Source: Catajapyx aquilonaris
Taxonomy: Eukaryota
NCBI GenBank assembly: GCA_000934665.2
Contig: KZ538961.1
Location: 1 to 38,589, forward strand
Reading direction: 5' to 3'
DNA: 38,589 bases
A model generated the notes under the pieces. The model was not told the origin of the DNA. It saw only the letters and a list, made by a program, of their open reading frames with translations, and ran no database searches. This document shows, piece by piece, positions 1-8,533 of the stretch. The stretch's first letter is position 1, and each line of letters begins with the position of its first letter. The position numbers and the translations under genes are program-made.

Positions 1-1296
1 CTCGCCCTTTTCTCCAGCCATCTTCCACTCCTACTCCTTGCTTTTCCTGGAGCGACTCTGCCCCACTGCCGCTACACCTTATAGCAGCTACGCTTTTCGT
101 TACGTATATAGTAGGTTGCATATTAATTTTGTACAAGATAGTATCTGAATAACATAACTGTTCATTTGTTCAATAAGGGGTATTGGAATACTGTGCCACT
201 TGAATAAACGCACAACAAGGTGTGGACTAAGCTTGCCAAGTGAGTGGTATAATGGTACAGTATTTTAGAGCGAGAAAAATATATTTACGTATTATCTCCG
301 ATCCATGTATTAACATAATAATGAACGTTCTGTTAAAATGAAACATATTTTCTACTCATCACATACTGACGGTGTAGTCATCACTGGTTACATCATCATC
401 AGATTAATGCAGTGATTAATTGAATGAACGAATGAAGCACAGTTAGGGTCAGCTGCCAACTATAATGTAATGTACGTGTAGATGTCGGGCTTAAGCAAAA
501 GGCTTAACTGCCCATCAAAAGGCAGTAAAGGCTCACAAAAAAGTCGACATCAGTGACAAGGGTTATAAGAAAATGCGCTTGATGTTATGCTTTCACCCCA
601 CACAAAGTTTTAACACAAGCGAATTTTTCAAAAATCGGTCGTGAGGGTAAGGACATCAAAGTTATTAACTTGTAAAATTTGTGCTGAAAATGTGGCGACA
701 TTACAGTGTACGTATCTTATAGATGTATAGGAAATAAATGATCGTTATAGTTGGAAAATAACATGTTGTTACCATACTCAATTTGACCTAGCAAATACTG
801 TCCCAATTAGAGGCCAACACGCACTGTAGAGTACAGTACAATGTACAGGGTAAAGTACGTGGCCTTGACCTTGCCTACCTAATGCTATCGAAGGGAAATC
901 AACTTCAAACAGCTGTCATTCACTGTCAAGCATGGCTGAATGTGAAGAATTTATCTATTCTGTGATTTATTATTAACGTACAAACCATCCATTCAGTACA
1001 ACTTGCAGCCCTCTACTCTCAGTCAATAGTACAGCTTGACCAACAACAACAAAAAGACACATACGAATCAATCACAAAAGTTATGTGCGTTCACGTTACT
1101 TATTAAGTAATTTCTGCTGTGGCTAGCACAGTCACATTATCATAATTATTCAGATTCCAAGTTAACACTAGCAGTGTGCCTGTGCTTCGCGCGGGACCAT
1201 CTGCATGGATGAAACCTTCGCAATTTTGTATTGATGGATTATAGCTTAATCCAGAGCACGGTCATATAAGTAAGGTGTGGTCACTCCCACCCACCC

Positions 1297-1557
1297 CCTG
1301 CCGGGGCGTTTTGCAGCGGGTGCTCACTTGAGAGCGCCATGAGACATTTCGGGGCCCAGGTAAGTGGCGACCCTACCGGACTAGGCTGAACTTTATAGGT
1401 ACGAAAGGGAAGCGCTACATGTTGGGGCCCCCAATGTAGCCCTCCCCTTTCGTACCTATAAAGTTCAGCCTAGTCTGGTAGGGTCGCCACTTACCTGAGC
1501 CCCGAAATGTCTCATGGCGCTCTCAGGTGAGCACCCGCTGCAAAATGCCACGGCAGG
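1297..1557. repeat. Long GC-rich palindrome or foldback, about 130-bp arms
   Basis: cctgccggggcgttttgcagcgggtgctcac... pairs with ...gtgagcacccgctgcaaaatgccacggcagg. Few mismatches, centre ggggcccc. Confidence 0.95.
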
Positions 1558-1613
1558 TGATAAGAGTAGACTGTAGTGGTAGTGTCCGGGGGCTGATCCA
1601 GAGTATGGTGCAA

Positions 1614-1742
1614 TGGTGGAAATTAATGGAGAAGCACAAGTGTTGCCTCCTGGCTGAGTTTTTCCTCTACATGAAGCAGCTTCATGTAGAGGAAAAACTC
1701 AGCCAGGAGGCGACACTTGCGCTTCTCCATTAATTTCCACCA
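1614..1742. repeat. Near-perfect palindrome, 64-bp arms, 1-nt centre
   Basis: tggtggaaattaatggagaagc...atgaagc-a-gcttcat...gcttctccattaatttccacca, two mismatches. Confidence 0.95.
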
Positions 1743-1925
1743 CTTTACTGACATCACAATGGGCATGAATGGCTCTCAACGATGTCAGCAATGAAATTGA
1801 GAATTAAAGGCTCGTGACATCGTTATTCTCCTCTGGTTGAAGCAATAATGGAAGGGTGCGTGGCAGTGGTTTGACTGTTTGATTGACTGGGCAGGGTGTA
1901 TATAGTGTAGGTGCAGGTGTGTGTG

Positions 1926-2012
1926 CAGGTGCAGGTATAGGTGTGGGTGTGAGTGAGTATACTGGCATGGTGCCAGTATACTCACTCACACCCACACCTA
2001 TACCTGCACCTG
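1926..2012. repeat. Perfect palindrome, 42-bp arms, 3-nt loop
   Basis: caggtgcaggtataggtgtgggtgtgagtgagtatactggca-tgg-tgccagtatactcactcacacccacacctatacctgcacctg. Confidence 0.95.
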
Positions 2013-2209
2013 TTCGTAACTACAGGGCGATTCTCTCGAAAGGAAACCCAAACATTCATCAATAACATTTTAAGTATTGTATAGTTCCTGATGCAAATTG
2101 ACATAATTATTATACTGACCGTGTATGTTGGTAAACAAGGTCTGCCTAGAGAATATACCGAAAATGGTACCCTCCAGCATCCAAGCACTTTTGAATGCGA
2201 GTCTGCATA

Positions 2210-2675
2210 CAGGGTGTCCCTTACTAGTGGCCCTTCCGTCCGGCAGTGCACTAATTGGCCCAAAACAAGTCGTAAATGTAGGGAGGAGAAATGTCGAGGC
2301 AGTAACGGTAATGAGATAAACGATGATCAAGATGAGGTCGCCCCAAGACAATCGCGGCCACCCACCCACCGGCTTTTGTGCAGGAGGAGCGGCAATCGGT
2401 TTAGCAAGGTCGCCTCGTGCTCAGCGCGCAATGTCGGGTTCATATCCTGCCACCTAGGCAACCCCTACACGTGAGGGTGTCGAACCGATTGCCGCTCCTC
2501 CCGCACAAAAGCCGGTGGGTGGGTGGCCGCGATTGTCTTAGGGGCGACCTCATCTTGATCATCGTTATCTCGTTACCGGTTACTGCCTCGACATTTCTCC
2601 TCCCTACATTTACGACTTGTTTTGGGCCAATGAGTGCACTGCCGGACGGAAGGGCGACTAGTAAGGGACACCCTG
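2210..2675. mobile_element. Nested MITE with CAGGGTGTCCC termini, about 190-bp inverted arms
   Basis: TA-cagggtgtcccttactagt... / ...actagtaagggacaccctg, highly similar arms, about 80-bp spacer. Confidence 0.9.
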
Positions 2676-2689
2676 TGTATTGGCATATA

Positions 2690-3120
2690 CATGGTTCGAA
2701 AATTTAATCTACCGTCGCTTTGGGAAATGATGGAGGGGTTCCAGGCGACCACTTTGAGTATATGAAACATGGGTCTCCGACGCATAGTTACCGAGATAAT
2801 GTGCTTCACACACAAGGTATAAAATATCCTGGCACGTATACGTCCCTCCACGCGACCTTATACCTTTTTCATTTAGATTTGAGGTGTTACCATGTAATTT
2901 AATTTTAATTTACGATCCCGCTAGGTATAGCAGGGAATGTCCTAGGGACCTAGGCGATGGAAGTGTCGTAAGCAGTATCCGAAGCCTATAAGCTAGAATA
3001 ATGCACTTTTAATGCTAATTATCTCGGCAACTATGCGTCGGAGAACCATGTTGCATATACTCAAAGTGATCGCCTAGAACCCCTTTATCATTTCCCAAAG
3101 AGATGGTAGGTTTTTGTATA
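2690..3120. mobile_element. Second nested inverted-repeat element (older MITE)
   Basis: About 2709-2800 (ctaccgtcgctttgggaaatgat...gacgcatagttaccgagataat) is the degenerate reverse complement of about 3018-3109. Ends lie at tataca/tgtata. Confidence 0.75.
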
Positions 3121-5283
3121 CAGTATACCGGTATGTGCTAATGTGACATAATGGCAGCAAACTCCCGCCGCATCGGGGCTAGAGGGCGTCAATAATTATT
3201 GTTCTGGGCTTAATCCTGTATGTGTGGTCCTTCAGTAAACTCCACAAGAAGAAATCAGGTGGCGTCAGGTCTGGTGATCTGAGCCCGGACCTTCGGTGAG
3301 ACGGTGACGGATTAATTTAGAAAAATCTCTGGCCGCCAATATCACCAGACCTGAAACCACCAGATTTATTCTTGTGGGGTTTACTGAAGGGCCGCAATTT
3401 ATTACAGGATTAAGCCCAGAACAATTATTTTATTGACACCCTCTAGCCCCGATACGGGAGGAGTTTGCTGCAATATGATGTCACATTAGCACATATACAA
3501 GTACAGCATACGCCAATATGCAGACTCGCATTGAAAAGTGCTTGGATGCTGGATGGGACCATTTCCAGTATATTCTCTAGGCAGACCGAGGCAGACCTTG
3601 TTTACCAACATACAAGGTTAGTACTTGTCAATTTTCATCGGGAACCATACAGTAGTTAAAAAGTTATTCAGGAATGTTTGGGTTTCCTTTCGAGAGGATC
3701 ACTCTGTAAGTTCCCATGATATGTCACTGACAGGGGGTGATAGGTCAGGAATGTTTTCCTCGACCAAATATGTTTAAAGAGAGGTCGTAATGCAAAATTG
3801 AGGGATTTAGGAAGTTTCTATTGGAGTTTCACCTAATCAGTCACCAAAGTACTGTACAAGGTTTTGCATTTCCTTCTTAACCACGACTGTTGACATGCCT
3901 TAATTACTCTCACCTTTAATGAGCCTACACCCTCAAAGTCTGTTTTCAATGTAAATGGGGCCATGATCCCAAATTATGGACAGGGTCAAACAAAACGTCT
4001 CAAAATAAGGTCCAAAACAAAGCTCCAAAATTTCGAACTTTTCCAAATTATTGTCCTCGTAATCTACAATTCTGAAAACAAGGTCGCCGCTGTGCACAAT
4101 GCCAAGTAGAATATATTTATAATCTGCCGTTAATTTCTTCAAAATTTATTTATATTGACCTAAATTCATACTCTGTGTTTTATTTTTGTTTATTTTGCTA
4201 AACTCCATAAATTCTCGGCTGTAAAGTACGCCGGTATGCATTGAAAGTCACTTGGCAACCATGAAAGTTCAAAAACTACCAACAGTTGGAACGGATTTCG
4301 GAATATTGCCATCAAAAGCTCTTTTCGTACAAAGATGAATACCATATCTCATACTTTTGTACAAGACAAAATGGTATCCAGTGGAAACAGAGTTTATAGT
4401 CAAAAATAATGGCCAGATCATACAGATTTCCACCTAATTACTATATAGCGTACAGTACATCGGCGATGATTCAATTAGGGACACGCTAAACATTAATTCC
4501 TGTATGAAAGTCTAATGATTGTAAGAGACTATTTAATACAAAAATGGGAACTCATGATGGTCAAATAGCCCAATGAAGCCTGTTGGTGCAATGGTTGAGT
4601 AGGCTACAGGTGGAGAAATTTTGGATTGGGAATATGAATAGGTCAATAAATTAGTACAATACATGCAGTTAATAATAATAATTCTGTGTGAACCTCTTTA
4701 TATGTAAGCTTTCATTTATTTGTATTTCAATAAAATACTCCATAATTATACTGTACATTGCAAGTTTACTTAGGTATATTATTTGACATTTGAATTAAAA
4801 TATCATATTACATTTCTGCACTTCATGGCAATTAGGTATTAACATTGTATTGTTGATGACAGTCTAGGACAAGTGTGACACACTCTGGTCAAGATGTACA
4901 CAACATAGACCTCTTTCATAATCAACAGCGTTTAGGATAACCTAGCTGATAGTCGTGAGGTTATTCAGACGAGATAAATATAATTTTGCCAGCCGAGTTT
5001 TGGAATTCGGATTAGCTGCTAGATGATGCATGCTCGGGTAAGACAGCCACATTTCCCCTCACAAAAAACAATTGAAACGAGAATGCATCAATATGGTGGC
5101 TGCTACAGGCCCATGTGAACATTGGATACACGATACCAAACTCTGCAGCAACCAAATAGCTAGTGGTCTCGTCTGAATGAACCTTAAGACATACCCCTGC
5201 TTCTTGATCACTTACGAGAGGACTGAAGTTTAGAATATTGCAGTTATTATTCTTCGAATTATTATTATTAATAGGAAAGGGCA

Positions 5284-7242
5284 TCATGCATGATGATAAA
5301 TATTTTTGATTGCTCTTAATAAGTCACTTTCCAAAACAAGAATGATGGATCCCAATCCCCAACAAGCAATACAAAGGAAGTAAAATGCTGCGCTCATTTG
5401 CTGAAAATTTAACGCCATCGACGTGAAATAGAGCAAGTCATTCTTACGGGCATCTCTCAGGCCTATCAGTCTGCATGTATATTCCAAATAGCCACCATGT
5501 TCCTTCATCATACCCGAGTCGATATAAGACATTGTCAGTTTGTGAATGATTGGTGTCATTATGCTGTGTTTTTGCAATATTATCCCTCCATAATATAAGA
5601 AATAATCCGTATCCATTATTTTTGTTGGTACCTTTCCTTCTTTGTCCACAAACATTTGAGAAAATGATCTTAAAATATCAGCCGTACATATGCAAGAATG
5701 ATCTTCATAGATAGTTTTTACAATACAAATATTTAAATCAACATGCGTTACCAAATTTTCTGCAATACGGTTGAAGTGGTCCAAATTACTATGAATGAAT
5801 AATCCTCTCACTATTGGTTCCAAATACGTAACAACTCCCCAGCTCCACTCAGGCCAATATGACATTTCTTCAAATGTTGTCGGCAGAATTTCCATCTCAG
5901 GTGATGATAAGTATCCTATAAAGCGAGCTTCGTAGCCACAAATTATTACTAAAGAAAATATCCACCAAAACGAAATAAAAATTCTGGGAGGATCACTGGA
6001 TGGAATGAGGTTCGGATTTTCTTCAATCAAAGTGGAAAATAGATAGCGGAGAGAATACAGGAAATAGTTAGGGGGTGGCCGACTCGGAAATACCTTTTTG
6101 ACACTCGATTCACATTTCATTAATAGAGAAAAGGCAATGCTACTAAGCATTGTCGCAAAAAATATGACAGCCCACATTGAGTATGTAAATGGCATAAATA
6201 TGGCGTTCCATGAGTAATGTGTTCTTGGACTGCGCGTAATAAATACAAACCCAACAAAAGCCATGGGCATTGGCGTGTCAACCACTTTCCATACAATGTC
6301 AGTGTGAAGATTGATCCCGAAATTGGCTTGACGACTCAAGAGTACGCTCAACTGTCCCGTGTAATTCCCGTCAGGCAATTGAACATCTGCTAGTTGGCCT
6401 TCCTCTATAGAATAGGCCTGAATGTCCCAATCAAAATTAAGTGCTTCACTTAGCGGCAACAGGTAAAGAAATTGTGAAAACATGGGCAAACTATTGTCCA
6501 CCATATATACCAATTCACTCCTCCCCAAGTCTATTGCATGAGTCCCGTTGAATAACTTGCCATATGCGTTTCTCGAGTAATCAGGATAAAACTCAATGTT
6601 TTGTTGATCTGTCTGGTTCAGCGTGTACGTACCTCGTACCACAGCCTTGGGATTTCCTTTGTCACAAAAGTGGCAATTGCTAGTCATTCGAAGCGTCCCG
6701 GAATCTTCTTGAAAATCCAGCCCAAGTTGGAACAAAAACACATCACTCAGTGGGTTCAGAAGTGCCTCGGCTGCTTTACCATCGCGACACCAGAACAGGA
6801 ACTTGTCGTAACATGTTTTTATAATCACTTTACTGGCAACGTGCTTTATAAGAGAGTCAAAGTTTTGGGATTGGAATGACAACAAAAACAGGGCGCACCT
6901 ATGAATGGGTTTTGCTGTTTGTCGATGCAACCAGGAAAACCAATACTCGAAATCAGTTCCACTACTTGGATGTGACGATGAGGTGTTGGAGGTCCACTGA
7001 ATTGGGAGAACCAATGAGAGATTTTTATGGAGGGTTTCTACAAGGTCGGACAAAGGCTTGGGTAAGGCCAGAAGGTCGGTTGCTATCAGGAAGAGGCAGT
7101 CCTGGTTATATTCACTGTGGATCCTAAGTGACAATGACGACACAAGGGCCGGCTCCAAGTCACTACTTTCTCTCAGCAAACTGATTTTGGATCGCACCAG
7201 GTGTAGAGCGATAAACAATACCACAAGATGCGATGGTGACAT
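5284..7242 (-). CDS. Divergent ionotropic receptor (IR, variant iGluR family), single exon, 652 aa
   Basis: Signal peptide MSPSHLVVLFIALHLVRS. S1-like PDGNYTGQLSVLLSRQANFGI. M1 WNAIFMPFTYSMWAVIFF. M3-like PRIFISFWWIFSLVIICGYEARFIGYLSSP. Final TM LNFQQMSAAFYFLCIACWGLGSIILVLE. Uninterrupted ORF. Confidence 0.9.
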   Translation of the reverse strand: MSPSHLVVLFIALHLVRSKISLLRESSDLEPALVSSLSLRIHSEYNQDCLFLIATDLLALPKPLSDLVETLHKNLSLVLPIQWTSNTSSSHPSSGTDFEYWFSWLHRQTAKPIHRCALFLLSFQSQNFDSLIKHVASKVIIKTCYDKFLFWCRDGKAAEALLNPLSDVFLFQLGLDFQEDSGTLRMTSNCHFCDKGNPKAVVRGTYTLNQTDQQNIEFYPDYSRNAYGKLFNGTHAIDLGRSELVYMVDNSLPMFSQFLYLLPLSEALNFDWDIQAYSIEEGQLADVQLPDGNYTGQLSVLLSRQANFGINLHTDIVWKVVDTPMPMAFVGFVFITRSPRTHYSWNAIFMPFTYSMWAVIFFATMLSSIAFSLLMKCESSVKKVFPSRPPPNYFLYSLRYLFSTLIEENPNLIPSSDPPRIFISFWWIFSLVIICGYEARFIGYLSSPEMEILPTTFEEMSYWPEWSWGVVTYLEPIVRGLFIHSNLDHFNRIAENLVTHVDLNICIVKTIYEDHSCICTADILRSFSQMFVDKEGKVPTKIMDTDYFLYYGGIILQKHSIMTPIIHKLTMSYIDSGMMKEHGGYLEYTCRLIGLRDARKNDLLYFTSMALNFQQMSAAFYFLCIACWGLGSIILVLESDLLRAIKNIYHHA

Positions 7243-7248
7243 GGTAAG

Positions 7249-7285
7249 AACTGACTATCCGAGACCACATTTTGCTCTTTATATA
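7249..7285 (-). promoter_or_regulatory. Core promoter of the IR gene: TATA box plus initiator
   Basis: TATATAAA (7285-7278) and Inr TCAGTT (7254-7249) on the minus strand. TATAAA starts 31 nt upstream of the Inr A (7252), the canonical spacing. Confidence 0.7.
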
Positions 7286-8006
7286 CCAAATGCTCGCCAA
7301 AATTTTAAAGCCATTATCATTGCTTCCTTCAGACTTACTAAAATGAGCCTATTAAAGATCTTACATGACATGTGGTTTCCGTGCTTTATGTCACACCAAG
7401 GGAAGTGTGAGGAGATTCAGAATTGATGAGATTTTGACGCTAAGTTTTTTCCCATTAAAATTGTGTAGGAGAGGGGACAGCTGTATCTTTCTGGGTCAGA
7501 TGAATATCAGAAAATTTTAGACGTGCATGTTTACCAGATAACAGTAATACTTGCCAGGATGTCTTATCGAGAATGGAGTTAACACAATTTCGCTACAATT
7601 TCACTGCCAAACAACATGACCTTTGTCTCTTGTGGATCGCTTTCAAATGCAGTGGGCACCCGTGGGAGTGGGGTGTTTATCATTACTGCACATTACACAG
7701 CGGGCAATTTTGAATTGATTAAAAATCATTGGCGCGTCTGCTCCCTGCGCAGACTGAGTAGTAATTTGTCCTTAAATTGGTTGATGGGGCAAACAATCCA
7801 CAACTTCATGCTTCACTTGCATCCTTCATAAATTATTATTATTGACTTGTGCAGTGCACTGTACCACCCACCCTTCACAGTACACGGCTACACATGCTGA
7901 TAATACTGTATATTTCACTGAAAGACCTGCAGTATATGCTGTAGATGAGGATATTGATAATAAAGTTCAAAAAATTAATTTGATCATATGACCATACATG
8001 GAATAA

Positions 8007-8012
8007 TTTATT
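8007..8012 (-). promoter_or_regulatory. Candidate nompC polyadenylation signal AATAAA
   Basis: tttatt on +, about 340 nt past the nompC stop and upstream of the IR promoter. It is the one I spotted in that interval. Confidence 0.45.
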
Positions 8013-8351
8013 TGCTAACCAGAGAAGATTCAAGTCGAGTTTGGAAAAGAAAGGTTGCCACATGGGGCATACGAGGAAACTTTCAGTGCGAAAGGCGTGT
8101 AATGATGGAGCAAGCGCTCTTGACATATTACGTAGTTACATACATACAATGTTCTATTATACTGTATATACGTCAACGGCGTCTTTCCAAAGACGCCATG
8201 AAGGCGCCTATCAACCCAGCATACAGGCTCAAACATGACCCCGAAGCAGGACAGAAACGTGGTCGCCCAGGAGGCGCCACAATCAAGAAATTTTGGAAAG
8301 ATGATCCTCCCAAAAAATGACTGAATCCAATACGCTGATCTAATCAGGGCT

Positions 8352-8533
8352 TCAAGTAGGCTTGTCCCGATGCTCTTCAACAATATGGACTTCTTCTTTG
8401 CCCACAAGAGCGCGGTACTTGCGAGCAATCGACGGCCAATCTACGACTGTCTCCAGTTTTTGTTGTGCTCCGAAGCTGATCTGGGAGCCTAGCGGATTTG
8501 CATGCATCATACTCAATCGCATCACGTCAGGGA
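8352..8533 (-). CDS. nompC: nompC terminal coding exon: (V)PDVMRLSMMHANPLGSQISFGAQQKLETVVDWPSIARKYRALVGKEEVHIVEEHRDKPT*
   Basis: tttttttccag acceptor, phase-compatible with the donor at 12251, TGA at 8352-8354. Matches the recalled fly tail PLGSQASF..VADWEAIAKKYRALVG. Not in ORF track. Confidence 0.92.

Larger units (their letters stand above)
2023..3706. mobile_element. Tc1/mariner-type foldback MITE (outer host, about 365-bp arms) interrupted by two nested MITEs
   Basis: TA-cagggcgattctctcgaaaggaaacccaaacatt... pairs with ...aatgtttgggtttcctttcgagaggatcactctg-TA. The left arm is split into about 2023-2209, 2680-2690 and 3121-3278 and pairs with the continuous right arm 3341-3706. Confidence 0.88.

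Noticed and set aside
1297..1742. Arm mismatches at CpG sites suggesting methylation-driven decay
   Set aside because: Both mismatches in one hairpin fit, but only about 2 of 5 in another and none in the 10654 hairpin. Too few to support the claim.
1527..2902. Short ORFs overlapping the palindromes and MITEs, with mirrored peptides on both strands
   Set aside because: By-products of inverted repeats. No domain signature or splice structure.
8030..8428. 132-aa minus-strand ORF and neighbouring + strand ORFs
   Set aside because: Different frame from the conserved nompC terminal exon, extends into the presumed 3' UTR, and has no recognisable motif.
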